Origin: Myxococcota bacterium
Lineage (GTDB): Bacteria > Myxococcota_A > Polyangia > Nannocystales > Nannocystaceae
Assembly: GCA_039194325.1 (NCBI GenBank)
Contig: JBCCWC010000013.1
Coordinates: forward strand, 61,559 to 125,558
Direction: 5' to 3'
DNA: 64,000 nucleotides
The position numbers and the translations under genes are program-made. Positions 50,300 through 60,057 of this stretch are shown here, piece by piece. Under the pieces are notes generated by a model. That model did not search any database. It worked only from the letters and a program-made list of their open reading frames with translations, and was not told the origin of the DNA. Within the stretch, counting starts at the first letter, position 1; every line of letters begins with the position of its first letter.

Positions 50300-52138
50300 T
50301 CACCTCCGGGCCCACATCGGCGGCTGCAGCAGCTCGGTCTCGAGGATCGTGTCGATGAGGGTCTTGCGCACCGAGACCGAGCGGCTAGCCGGGGCGGCGG
50401 TCATCATCGTGCTCAGGTGGCGAGGCAGCGCGTACGGGTCGGCGATCGTGGTGTCGTCGAGGATGAAGCAGGGGATCCCGAGATCACGCGCGGTGCCGGT
50501 GACCGCGTCTTGGAAGTCGTGCTCCCCGACGGGCACGAACCCGAACGCGACCGGCGAGATCCCCGACGTTCGAACCGCGTCGGGAAAGTGCGCTTCTTGC
50601 TGATCGCCCACAAACAAGAACAGCGCGTCCTCGCCCGCCTTGGGCTTGTACTTGGACAGGCAGCGGATCCCCGCGGCGTGGCTGGTGCCTCCGCCGGCGC
50701 GAAAATTGCGGAAGGCCTGCTGCACGCCGGCCGCCGAGGCATGGCGGATCTTCACCTCGCGCCCGATGGTGTTGAACACCGCCACGTGCAGGCGCTCGAG
50801 CGGAAACGCCTGCAAGAACGCGCTGATGTGGGCCTTGGCGGTGACGATGGCCTGCTCCATCGACCCGGAGATGTCGACGAACACATAGACGCGCAGCCCC
50901 TCGCCGACCTTCTCCACCGCCTTTTGCAGGGCGCCGTCGGCCGCCTGGCGCAGCACCTCGGCGGTCTTCTTGCCGCGGACCCGCTTGGCGATGTTGGCGG
51001 CGCGCCGGTCCTCGGTCTTGGCCATGGCGCTCATCCACCGCTCGCCGATCACCGGCACATCGAGCAGATCCATCTCTTCGAGGGTCGGCGTCAGCAGGAC
51101 CAGGTCGTTGTCCGACAGCGATCCGGCCTCGGCGGCGGCGGCCACGATGGCCCGGGTCAGCCCGACCTCGGCCGGCAGCAGGCCCACGATGCGCTTGTAG
51201 CTCGGCCGAGAATCGACGATCCGCTGGCAGATCTGTGCCTCGGAGAGCCCCTGCCAGGTCTCGGCCGCAGTGACCTCCACCCCGATCGCCAGACTGCGTC
51301 GACCGTCGCCCGCCTGCTTCTGCTTCCAGCGCAGGATCTCGAAGAAGCGCGGGCTGTCGGGCTTGTAGCCGCTACGCCGCGCCAGCTCCATCACCGTGGT
51401 ACGAAACCCGGCGTTGACCAGCGCGACGAGCTTTTGCGGGATGCGCTCGCGCTGCCACAGCCAGCGGGCCACCACCTTCGGCCAGCGGCCGAGCGTCGGC
51501 TTGCGCGCGGATCGGCCGAAGCCCGCGCTACGGTTGAGGTCGGCGACGGCCGGCAGCGACAGGACCTGACCTATCCTCAGCAGCATCTTGGGGTTGAGGT
51601 GCTGGTTGTCCTTGCGCTCGATGAGGCACATCGCCTCGCCCACCGCTCGCAGGTCTTCATCGTGGAACAGCAGCTCGCCGCTCTCCCGCACCGGCTCGCC
51701 GCAGCGGTTTTGCACGAGCATCAGCGCGGCCAAGACCACCTTGAGATCCCGGTGCTTCTGCGTAAACGCGTAGGACGCCCACCGAGCCGCGAACTCGTTG
51801 TCGAGCGTCCACACATCGAGCGCATTGCGGTAGTACCAGGCCGCGGCCTCAGGGTAGATCCCCGGGGCGCGGTACTTGCCGACGACCTGACCGCCTTCGA
51901 CGATGTCGCCCTGCTCGTTGATGACCCCCACGTAGATCGGGGTATGCCGCTCCATGCGATAGGCCAGCTTCTGACCACGTCGTCGCCGCCAGGTCACCGA
52001 GCTCCATCGGTAGCCGATCGGCGCCCGACGGTCTTCGACCATCATCCCCGGCCGGTGGTGGACGATGTGATCGGTCGACTCGAGGAGGGTCTTGATGATG
52101 CGGTCCGCTGAGCCGAGGCCTTCCCGATCGCTGCTCAT
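50300..52138 (-). CDS. TROVE/Ro60-like helical domain + vWA protein
   Basis: Clear C-terminal vWA (VFVDISGSM, GGGT, FVGD); basic helical region with DNEFAARWASYA, VMELARRSGYKP and ETWQGLS, reminiscent of TROVE motifs. Confidence 0.65.
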   Translation of the reverse strand: MSSDREGLGSADRIIKTLLESTDHIVHHRPGMMVEDRRAPIGYRWSSVTWRRRRGQKLAYRMERHTPIYVGVINEQGDIVEGGQVVGKYRAPGIYPEAAAWYYRNALDVWTLDNEFAARWASYAFTQKHRDLKVVLAALMLVQNRCGEPVRESGELLFHDEDLRAVGEAMCLIERKDNQHLNPKMLLRIGQVLSLPAVADLNRSAGFGRSARKPTLGRWPKVVARWLWQRERIPQKLVALVNAGFRTTVMELARRSGYKPDSPRFFEILRWKQKQAGDGRRSLAIGVEVTAAETWQGLSEAQICQRIVDSRPSYKRIVGLLPAEVGLTRAIVAAAAEAGSLSDNDLVLLTPTLEEMDLLDVPVIGERWMSAMAKTEDRRAANIAKRVRGKKTAEVLRQAADGALQKAVEKVGEGLRVYVFVDISGSMEQAIVTAKAHISAFLQAFPLERLHVAVFNTIGREVKIRHASAAGVQQAFRNFRAGGGTSHAAGIRCLSKYKPKAGEDALFLFVGDQQEAHFPDAVRTSGISPVAFGFVPVGEHDFQDAVTGTARDLGIPCFILDDTTIADPYALPRHLSTMMTAAPASRSVSVRKTLIDTILETELLQPPMWARR

Positions 52139-52171
52139 GATCGTATCCCGTAGCCGTGGCGTGGCTCGCCC

Positions 52172-52199
52172 CGGTCCGGACAGGGTAGCAGCCGGACCG
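52172..52199. terminator. Hairpin between gyrA and the TROVE-like operon
   Basis: CGGTCCGG-N12-CCGGACCG; no U-tract on the minus strand. Confidence 0.35.
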
Positions 52200-52238
52200 A
52201 GGTTTGCCGTCTACGACTCACCGTCAGATTCGACCTGC

Positions 52239-54917
52239 TCACTCACCGTCGGCCTCGTCGTCAGCCTCACCGTCGGCCTCGTCGTCAGCCTCACCATCGT
52301 CCTCGCCGGCCTCCTCGGCGGGGATTACCCCTTGTGTCGGCTCCTCGGGCTTGTCGCTGTCGTCCACCATGCGCGCGACCGCGACCACGCGCTCGCCATC
52401 GCCCATCCGGATGATGCGAACGCCCTGGGTGTTGCGCCCCAACACGCTGATCCCGTCCACCGGGGTCCGGATCACCTTGCCGTCCGACGTGATCACGATG
52501 ATCTGATCCTCCGGATGCACCAGCAGGTTCTCGACCACCTCGCCGTTGCGTTCGTTGACCTTGACGGTGATGAGCCCCAAGCCCGCCCGGCTCTGGGTGC
52601 GATACTCGTTGGCCGCGGTCCGCTTGCCGTAGCCGTTGGCGCAGATCGTCAGCACCTGCAGCTCGGCGTCGGCGTCGGCGACCAGGCGGCTCATGGCGAC
52701 CACGCGGTCGTCCCCGCGTAGCCCCATGCCCCGCACACCCCGGGCGTTGCGCCCCATCGGCCGCACGTCGCTCTCCTCGAAGCGGATCACCATGCCCTGC
52801 GCGCTGCTGAGCATCAGGTGCTGCTTGCCATCGGTGAAGCGCACCGAGATCAGCCGGTCGTCGTCGTCGATGCTGACCGCGATGAGCCCGGTCTTGCGCA
52901 TGTTGGCAAACTCGGACAGCTGGGTCCGCTTGACGTAGCCCTTCTCGGTGCACGTGACGATGTAGTGGTTATCGTCCACCTCGTCCTCGCGGTACGGCAC
53001 CATCTCGAGGACCTTCTCGTCTTGCCGCATCTCGAGGAAGTTCACCAGCGCCTTGCCCGGCCCGTCGCGCCGCCCCTGGGGCAGCTCGAACACCCGCTTG
53101 CGAAACACCCGCCCGGTGTCGGTGAACATCAGCAACCAGGCGTGCGCGCTGGCCTCGAGCACGGTGCTGATGAAATCGTCGTCGGCCCGGCCACCTCCGC
53201 TCTTGACCCCCTTGCCGCCCCGCGCCTGCACCCGGTAGTCCTCGGTGGGCAGCCGCTTGATGTAGCCCTGGCGGGTGAGCATGACGACCATCGAGTCGTC
53301 GGCCACCAGATCGATAGGATCGATGTCGTCCTCGGCCTCGAGGATCTGGGTGCGCCGCGACCCGGGAGCTCCGGGCGCCCCGTCGCCGGCCGACCGGCCC
53401 TCGGGGTCGCCATAGGCGTGGCGCACCTCGAGCAGCTCGTCGCGGATCACCTTCATCAGCAGGCGCTGATCGGCCAAGATCGCCTCAAGCCGGGCGATCT
53501 CCGCGCTCAGCTCCCGGTACTCGCCCTCGATCTTCTCGCGCTCGAGCCCGGTCAGCCGCTGCAGGCGCATGTCGAGGATCGCCTTGGCCTGGCGCTCGTT
53601 CAGGTTGTACGGCCGACCGCGCGCCGCCTCGACCTCCTCGGCCGGACGCCCGCAGCGCTCGAGGAAGGGGGCAAACCCGCTCAGCGGCTCGGCCATCAGG
53701 GCCGCCCGCGCGATCTCGGGGTTGGCCGAGCCACGGATGATCTCGATCACCCGATCGATCGCATCGATCGCCACCCCGAGGCCCTCGACGATCTCGCGCC
53801 GCTCCTGTGCCTTGCGCAGGTCGTACTTGGTGCGGCGGGTGACCACCGTGCGGCGGTGGTCGATGAAGGCCACCAGCGCGTCCTTGAGGTTGAGGACTCG
53901 CGGCCGCCCGTTGTCGATGGCGATCATGTTGACCCCGAACGAGGTCTGGAGATCGGTCATCTTGTAGAGGTTGTTGAGCACCACCTGGCCCGCAGCGTCG
54001 CGCTTGACCTGGATCCAGATCCGCATGCCCTGGCGGTCGCTGTAGTCCTGGACGTCGCTGATCCCCTCGAGCCGTTTTTCGCGGACCAGCGTGGCGATCC
54101 GCTCGATCAGCCGGGTCTTGTTGACCTGGTAGGGGATCTCGGTGACCACGATCGACTCGCGCCCCTTGGAATCCTCTTCGATCTCCGCCCGCGCCCGCAC
54201 CGTGATGCTGCCCCGCCCGCTGGCGTAGGCCTGCTTGATGCCGGTGCGCCCGATGATGAGCCCCCCGGTCGGGAAGTCCGGCCCGGTGACGTACTCCAGC
54301 AGATCGCGGACATCGAGCTCGGGCTCGTCAATCAGCGCGATCGTGGCGTCGACCACCTCAGTCAGGTTGTGCGGGGGAATGTTGGTGGCCATCCCCACCG
54401 CGATCCCCACCGCCCCGTTGAGCAGCAGGTTGGGCAGCTTGGTGGGCAGGACGGAGGGCTCGAGCTCCTTCTCGTCGTAGTTGGGGACCCAGTCGATCGT
54501 GTCCTTGTCGATGTCGGCTAAAAGCTCGGAGGTGAGCTTTTGCATGCGCACCTCGGTGTAGCGCATGGCCGCGGGGGAGTCGCCGTCGATCGACCCGAAG
54601 TTGCCCTGCCCGTCGACCAGCGGGTAGCGCATGGAGAAGTCCTGGGCCAGGCGAACCAGCGCGTCGTAGACCGCCGAGTCGCCGTGCGGGTGATACTTGC
54701 CGATCACGTCCCCCACCACGCGGGCCGACTTCTTGTAGGGCTGCTGGTGGGTGTTCCGCAGCTGGTGCATCGCGTAGAGGATGCGGCGATGCACCGGCTT
54801 GAGCCCGTCGCGCGCGTCGGGCAGGGCCCGGGAGATGATGACGCTCATCGCGTAGTCCAAAAAGGAGCTACGCATCTCGTCTTCGATGTTCAGCGCCGTC
54901 TTCTGATCACTGACCAT
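52239..54917 (-). CDS. gyrA: DNA gyrase subunit A
   Basis: [33 protein letters not shown], GyrA-box QARGGKG, beta-pinwheel repeats and acidic tail. Confidence 0.97.
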   Translation of the reverse strand: MVSDQKTALNIEDEMRSSFLDYAMSVIISRALPDARDGLKPVHRRILYAMHQLRNTHQQPYKKSARVVGDVIGKYHPHGDSAVYDALVRLAQDFSMRYPLVDGQGNFGSIDGDSPAAMRYTEVRMQKLTSELLADIDKDTIDWVPNYDEKELEPSVLPTKLPNLLLNGAVGIAVGMATNIPPHNLTEVVDATIALIDEPELDVRDLLEYVTGPDFPTGGLIIGRTGIKQAYASGRGSITVRARAEIEEDSKGRESIVVTEIPYQVNKTRLIERIATLVREKRLEGISDVQDYSDRQGMRIWIQVKRDAAGQVVLNNLYKMTDLQTSFGVNMIAIDNGRPRVLNLKDALVAFIDHRRTVVTRRTKYDLRKAQERREIVEGLGVAIDAIDRVIEIIRGSANPEIARAALMAEPLSGFAPFLERCGRPAEEVEAARGRPYNLNERQAKAILDMRLQRLTGLEREKIEGEYRELSAEIARLEAILADQRLLMKVIRDELLEVRHAYGDPEGRSAGDGAPGAPGSRRTQILEAEDDIDPIDLVADDSMVVMLTRQGYIKRLPTEDYRVQARGGKGVKSGGGRADDDFISTVLEASAHAWLLMFTDTGRVFRKRVFELPQGRRDGPGKALVNFLEMRQDEKVLEMVPYREDEVDDNHYIVTCTEKGYVKRTQLSEFANMRKTGLIAVSIDDDDRLISVRFTDGKQHLMLSSAQGMVIRFEESDVRPMGRNARGVRGMGLRGDDRVVAMSRLVADADAELQVLTICANGYGKRTAANEYRTQSRAGLGLITVKVNERNGEVVENLLVHPEDQIIVITSDGKVIRTPVDGISVLGRNTQGVRIIRMGDGERVVAVARMVDDSDKPEEPTQGVIPAEEAGEDDGEADDEADGEADDEADGE

Positions 54918-55102
54918 GGGCTTCTTGTCTCGGGGGCGGCCGGGCTCGTCTTTGGGGGGCCACCAGGGCCCTGAGGGCGGCCAAGGATACCCTCGCCCTC
55001 CCTGAAGGGACATAGGCGCCCAAGGTGGCCCTCAGATGCGAAATTCGGGGTTTTTGAGGGGCCGCCGACCCGGGCCGCGTCGACCCGTGCTACCGAGATC
55101 CC

Positions 55103-55507
55103 GTGGAGCGGGGCAAGTTCGTTCAGATCCTCCGCGTCGAGGACTTTCGCATGGAGTCCGCCGCCGAGGCGCAGCCCGGCTCGCGCGAATCGGTACGCGC
55201 CGCCAACGTGATCCGGATCTGGCTCACCGGTCAACCGGTCGGCCACTCGCGGGTCACCCAGGCGTTCCTCGAGGCCCGCTCCGACTGGCACGAGCCCGCG
55301 CTCCCGCGCTTCGATTTCACCCCGCCCCGGATCGTCATCGCGTACACGCTGCCCGCGATCCAGCCCGTGGTGAGCATGCTGCTCGACGGGGTGCAGCTCT
55401 ATTGCCAGTACCGCGAGCTGGAAGGCGGAGCGATCCACGCCGACGTGCACATCCCTCGCCGCCACGCCCGATCTCACGAAGATCCGCACTGGGTCCCCCC
55501 GGGGTAG
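55103..55507 (+). CDS. Hypothetical protein
   Basis: ORF with GC-biased codon usage and protein-like composition, divergent from gyrA. Confidence 0.55.
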   Translation: MERGKFVQILRVEDFRMESAAEAQPGSRESVRAANVIRIWLTGQPVGHSRVTQAFLEARSDWHEPALPRFDFTPPRIVIAYTLPAIQPVVSMLLDGVQLYCQYRELEGGAIHADVHIPRRHARSHEDPHWVPPG

Positions 55508-55606
55508 ACCCTGTGGAGCGATCGACGAACGCCCGCGGTTGCGAGAGGATCTGCGGCCAGCCTCGCGACCAGCCTCGCGACCGGCCTCGCGACCGGCCTC
55601 GCTCGG

Positions 55607-56068
55607 TCATCGACGATTCCTACGCCGAGCGAGGACCCGCTCGGCCCGCTGGAGCGCCCCGTGGGTGAGCGCTCCGAGGTAGTCGAACCGCCGCTCGTCG
55701 GTCAACAACCACTGCTCGGCGGAGCACCGCTCGGTCACCGGCATCGCCCGCGGATCCTCGGCAGCGTGGACGATCCACCAGGCTACGCCGCGCAGCCGAG
55801 CCCGACGCGCGAGCCATGCCGTGCGACAACCCCGGGCCTTGATCCGACGTTGAATGCGGGCCAATGTACAGCACGCTGCGGGATCACACTGCGCCACTGC
55901 GGTCAGATCGACGACGACTCCGCTGCCCCACAGCAGGTCGCAGAGCAAGCGGCGAACCTCTTCGCCGAGCCCGGGCAACGACGCTCCCTCCAAGACACCG
56001 CTCAGCACGATTGCAGCTCGATCGTCGGCAATGTGCTCGATCTCGTAGTGAAACGACGCGCTAGCCAT
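55607..56068 (-). CDS. STAS-like hypothetical protein
   Basis: IVLSGVLE...VVVDLTAVAQCD pattern. Confidence 0.5.
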   Translation of the reverse strand: MASASFHYEIEHIADDRAAIVLSGVLEGASLPGLGEEVRRLLCDLLWGSGVVVDLTAVAQCDPAACCTLARIQRRIKARGCRTAWLARRARLRGVAWWIVHAAEDPRAMPVTERCSAEQWLLTDERRFDYLGALTHGALQRAERVLARRRNRR

Positions 56069-56257
56069 CGATGGATCTCGGCGACCGGGGGGCGATGCCG
56101 GAAACGGAATTCACCATACACCACGACGAGCTTCGTGGCCCCATGCTATGACCCTTTCGCCCGAAATGGGACGGTAGTTTCGAGTCGACACATCGGTCGA
56201 CCAGCCGGTTTGACCGTCGGAGGTATCCTGGGCGGCGCTTTGGTCAGGCCCTTCGCC

Positions 56258-58579
56258 ATGCTTCGTCGTGCTCTTCGTTCCGTGCCCATGCTGCTCCCCG
56301 CGCTCGGCTGTCGACCCACCGCTGTCGATCTACCCGAGCCGCCGCCGGCCGTGGTCGATTCCGTGCTCCCGGGAGGCTCCTCCGACGCGGTCTTCGGCAC
56401 CGCGGCTCCCTCGGGACGAGATCCGCGATCGGTCGACGTGGCGTACGACCCCAACGCGGATCCGCGCAATGCCGAGGGCTGGTCGCTGGCCGCCAAGCGC
56501 TCGGCCACCGACCCGGCCGACGCCCGCAAGGACGCGTTCACCATCGAGGCGCTCTATCGACTGGCGGGGCTCGGCGGGATCCGGTGGTCTCCCGACGGCA
56601 CCCACGTGCTGTACACCGTCACCCGCCACGACCTGGCCGCGGGCACGTCCAACACCGATGTATGGTTGGCCGATCCTCAGGCGGGGACGACCCGCCAGCT
56701 TACCCGCCACGAGGGCTACGACGGCGCGGCCAGCTGGGCGCCCGATGGGCGCAGCTTCGTGTTCGTCTCGGCCCGGGATCGAGACGCTCAGCAGCTGTGG
56801 CGGATGTCGATCGACGGGGGTGAGGCGGAGCGCCTCACCTCGCTCAGTACCGGAGCCAGCGAGCCGCAGTGGTCTCCCGACGGCCGCCGGATCGCGTTCG
56901 TCTCGCGGGTGTTCCCGGAGTACGGGGCCGACGACGAAAAGAACGCCGCCCTGCTGGCCGACATCGCCCAAAGCCCCACCCGGGCCTATCTCGCCGACGA
57001 GCTGCTCTACCGGCACTGGACCCGCTGGGACGACGGACGTCGCGACCACTTGTTGGTGCTCGATCTATCCGACGGCTCGATCATCGACGTGACCCCCGGT
57101 GAGTACGACTCCCCGGCGTTCCGCCAGGGTGACCCCGGCTTCGCCTTCTCGCCCGACGGTCAGGAGTTGTGCTTTACGAGCAACCGCTCGCGGGGCAGCG
57201 CCCCGGCCTGGTCGACCAACAAGGATCTCTACGTCGTGCCGGTGACCGGCAGCAAGGCTCGCTCGCTCACCGCGAGCAACCCCGGCTTCGACGGACATCC
57301 CCGCTACTCGCCCGACGGCCGGACCATCGCGTTCCGACGCCAGACCCAAGACGGCTACGAGTCGGACGAGTTCGAGCTGGCCCTCTACGACCGTCAGTCC
57401 GGAGACGTTCGGGTGCTCACCGATTCGTTCCCCAACTGGGTGACCGACATGCACTGGTCGGCCGACTCCCAGAGCCTGGTCTTCCAGGCCCCCGTCCGGG
57501 GACGAACCCCGCTTTATCGAGTGCCGGTGGACGGAGGCGCAATCGAGCGGCTGGCCCTGCCCTCGGCGCGGGGCTGGGATCTGGCCCCCGACGGGCGCTT
57601 GGCCTTCGCGTTCTCCTCGGTGGGCACTCCGGTGGAGCTGTTCGTGGCCCAGGCCGATTCCCAGACCGATTCCCAGGCCAATCCCCAGACAGGAGCGCCG
57701 CGGCGGCTCACCGGCATCAACGACCCGGTAGCCGAGGCCTTCGACATTCGCCCCGTGGAGGAGCTCGACGTGCCCGGGGCCGACGGCAAGCCCGTGCACG
57801 TGTTCGTGGTCAAGCCGCACGGCTTTCGCGAGGGCCAGCGATATCCGCTGATCATCAACGTTCACGGCGGCCCGCAGTCGCAGTGGGCCGATTACCTACG
57901 CGGGGACTGGCAGGTCTATCCCGGGGCCGGCTACGTGGTTGCGTTCTTCAACCCGCACGGATCGATAGGCTACGGCCAGGCGTATACCGCGGCGATCTCC
58001 AAGGACTGGAGCGGCAAGGTGTACGAGGACGTGATGGCGGTGGTCGACACCCTCGAGCGCGAGCCCTACGTCGACCCCGAGCGCATCGGGGCCATGGGCT
58101 GGTCGTACGGCGGCTACATGATGAACTGGCTGCTGGGCCACACCGATCGCTTCGAGGCGATCGCCTCGATGATGGGGATCTACGATCTATCCTCGTTCTA
58201 CGGCAGCACCGAAGAGCTGTGGTTTCCCGAGTGGGATCTGGGCGGGCCCTACTGGGCCAATGCAGAGGCCTACCGCCAGCAGTCGCCCTCGACCTACGCC
58301 GATAAGTTCAGCACGCCCACGCTGGTGATTACGGGGGAGCGAGATTTCCGGGTGCCCTATACCCAGAGCCTCGACCTGTTCACCGCCTTGCGCCGCCAGG
58401 GCGTACCCGCTCGGCTGGTGGTGTTCCCCAGCGACGGCCACTGGCCCAACTTCGTGCGCTCGATGCCGCTCTATTACGCGGCTCACCTCGACTGGTTCCA
58501 TCGCTACCTCGGCGGCGCGCCCTCACCCTATGATCTCGAGGCGATGATCCGCGGCCGCGCCTACGACCGGGAACCGTGA
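56258..58579 (+). CDS. S9 family peptidase (acylaminoacyl/dipeptidyl peptidase)
   Basis: WSPDG propeller repeats, HGGP, GWSYGG, DFRVP, DGH; lipobox LGC. Confidence 0.92.
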   Translation: MLRRALRSVPMLLPALGCRPTAVDLPEPPPAVVDSVLPGGSSDAVFGTAAPSGRDPRSVDVAYDPNADPRNAEGWSLAAKRSATDPADARKDAFTIEALYRLAGLGGIRWSPDGTHVLYTVTRHDLAAGTSNTDVWLADPQAGTTRQLTRHEGYDGAASWAPDGRSFVFVSARDRDAQQLWRMSIDGGEAERLTSLSTGASEPQWSPDGRRIAFVSRVFPEYGADDEKNAALLADIAQSPTRAYLADELLYRHWTRWDDGRRDHLLVLDLSDGSIIDVTPGEYDSPAFRQGDPGFAFSPDGQELCFTSNRSRGSAPAWSTNKDLYVVPVTGSKARSLTASNPGFDGHPRYSPDGRTIAFRRQTQDGYESDEFELALYDRQSGDVRVLTDSFPNWVTDMHWSADSQSLVFQAPVRGRTPLYRVPVDGGAIERLALPSARGWDLAPDGRLAFAFSSVGTPVELFVAQADSQTDSQANPQTGAPRRLTGINDPVAEAFDIRPVEELDVPGADGKPVHVFVVKPHGFREGQRYPLIINVHGGPQSQWADYLRGDWQVYPGAGYVVAFFNPHGSIGYGQAYTAAISKDWSGKVYEDVMAVVDTLEREPYVDPERIGAMGWSYGGYMMNWLLGHTDRFEAIASMMGIYDLSSFYGSTEELWFPEWDLGGPYWANAEAYRQQSPSTYADKFSTPTLVITGERDFRVPYTQSLDLFTALRRQGVPARLVVFPSDGHWPNFVRSMPLYYAAHLDWFHRYLGGAPSPYDLEAMIRGRAYDREP

Positions 58580-58615
58580 GCGGATCGTCACCGCGTTTTT
58601 GTTCAAACGCTTTGC

Positions 58616-58644
58616 TTGACACCCCCTGGGTCGTGCCGTAGACC
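58616..58644 (+). promoter_or_regulatory. Putative sigma70-type promoter for the leader/tRNA array
   Basis: TTGACA-N17-TAGACC; the -10 match is weak. Confidence 0.5.
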
Positions 58645-58664
58645 CATGAAACGAGGAACTGAAG

Positions 58665-58802
58665 ATGTCCGCCATCTCCACCAGCATCCGTCGAGCCACC
58701 ACTTCTGCCGCCGCCGCCATCGCGGGCGCCGCGGCGGGTATGGGGTGCTCCGGAGCGGGATGGCCGGGTACCTCGCCCAGCGGCACGGCCGTCTGGGGCT
58801 AG
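58665..58802 (+). CDS. Putative 45-aa leader peptide
   Basis: GAGGA RBS; MSAISTSIRRATTSAAAAIAGAAAGMGCSGAGWPGTSPSGTAVWG. Confidence 0.4.
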   Translation: MSAISTSIRRATTSAAAAIAGAAAGMGCSGAGWPGTSPSGTAVWG

Positions 58803-59079
58803 CCTCGGGCTCGCTCTAACGCTCCTGCTGTCCCTTTCGTTTCCTCCTCCCCTCTATTGGGGCCTGTATCGGGGATAGCGGAACGGCGAGACAGCGGGAG
58901 CAAACGAGCACCAGAGCTCGAGGCGAAAGCCGAGCGTGCGTGTCGATCGACCGCAATCCCTCGGCACTCCCCAGTCACGGCTTCGCTGCTGGGCCGAACG
59001 ACGGCCACCTCCGTCGACGCATCTCGCTCCGGAACACGGGGGTCCACCCCCCATAGTCCTCGCTCCTGGGCCCCCTTAC

Positions 59080-59155
59080 GCGGGAGTAGCTCAGCTGGCA
59101 GAGCGCCACGTTGCCAACGTGAAGGTCGAGGGTTCGAATCCCTTCTCCCGCTCCA
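59080..59155 (+). tRNA. tRNA-Gly(GCC)
   Basis: 76-nt cloverleaf, GCGGGAG/CTCCCGC acceptor, U73, encoded CCA, anticodon loop TTGCCAA. Confidence 0.93.
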
Positions 59156-59210
59156 GCGCTGGCCCACCGCAAGCGAGCGAGTTCGTCGACGGCTACGATC
59201 TTTTCCCTTT

Positions 59211-59281
59211 GCGGGTGTAGCTCAATGGTAGAGCGCCTGGCTTCCACCCAGAGGATGCGAGTTCGATTCTCGCCTCCCGCT
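59211..59281 (+). tRNA. tRNA-Gly(TCC), no encoded CCA
   Basis: Cloverleaf with loop CTTCCAC and T arm GCGAG-TTCGATT-CTCGC; one U-U mismatch in the acceptor stem. Confidence 0.85.
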
Positions 59282-59339
59282 TCTCACTGTTCATTTACGC
59301 CGGCCGGCGATCGGCGATCGCCGGCCACCAACAACACAC

Positions 59340-59418
59340 GGGGCATGGGGCTGCCAGGGGTGGCCATCTGATTTGCACTCAGAATAACAGCTCGGTTCGA
59401 GTCCGAGATGCTCCACCA
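59340..59418 (+). tRNA. Atypical tRNA-Ala(TGC)
   Basis: GGGGCAT/ATGCTCC acceptor with G3:U70, A73 and CCA; TCTGA-TTTGCAC-TCAGA; G at position 8 and a 7-nt variable region. Confidence 0.8.
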
Positions 59419-59423
59419 TTTGT

Positions 59424-59464
59424 CTTTGCCGGTCTCTTTGCCGGTCTCTTTGCCGGTCTCTTTG
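59424..59464. repeat. 12-bp tandem repeat x3
   Basis: CTTTGCCGGTCT repeated immediately after tRNA-Ala. Confidence 0.85.
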
Positions 59465-59569
59465 TCGTTCTTGCGCACAGACGTCCCGCATCGACAACGA
59501 GGAACGCTCACCATGAAGCGCATCTACATCGTGATGGACACCCTGTGGCCCGCGGCCCCGCGCCGTCAC

Positions 59570-59641
59570 GGGTCGTTGGTGTAATGGTGAGCATCGCGGT
59601 TTCCAAGTCCGCGGGCGGAGGTTCGATTCCTCCACGACCTG
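59570..59641 (+). tRNA. tRNA-Trp(CCA), somewhat degenerate, no encoded CCA
   Basis: GGGTCGT/ACGACCT acceptor, G73, anticodon loop TTCCAAG with U31-U39 mismatch, T arm GGAGG-TTCGATT-CCTCC. Confidence 0.75.
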
Positions 59642-60057
59642 CTCTAGCACTTCCTTCCTTCCCGCACGCCATCCTGGATCCCACCCCCACCCCTCCAGGA
59701 CGGCCCCCCCGCCGCCGAACGCGCGGACCGAACCCTCGGTCTGGTACGATCCGGCTCGCCATAGGGTAGACCCTCGGGTACCGACCAGCCGATCTGACAG
59801 AGCCGACAACCGCACTTGTCATGTTCGGACCCTCCACGCCGTCGGGCTCTCGAAATCTCAGCCGCCCTGCATTGGCACGGCGGTTGCTTTATTGAGAGAC
59901 GTGGCCGAAGGACGGCCTTCTCCAAGCCAAGGACCGGCGAGGAGATCGACATTGCTGGCGAGATCCCGATCTCGCCAGAGCCCGGGAGAGCCGCTAGGAC
60001 GGCGACTCGATCCGGGCCCGCGACTAGAGGCTGCTAGGATGGCGGCCTCGTCGTCGC

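Noticed and set aside
50009..52111. Long alternative-frame ORFs (e.g. 50009..52111 +, 1614..3572 -, 8482..10656 +, 52818..54521 +, 45029..46720 +)
   Set aside because: Shadow ORFs typical of high-GC DNA; they overlap well-supported genes and show no motifs.
55661..56257. N-terminal extension of the S9 peptidase in the ORF track
   Set aside because: Overlaps the opposite-strand gene; a signal-peptide-bearing start exists at 56258.
59080..59641. Prophage or island integrated at a tRNA
   Set aside because: No integrase, phage genes or duplicated tRNA 3' end seen in the window.
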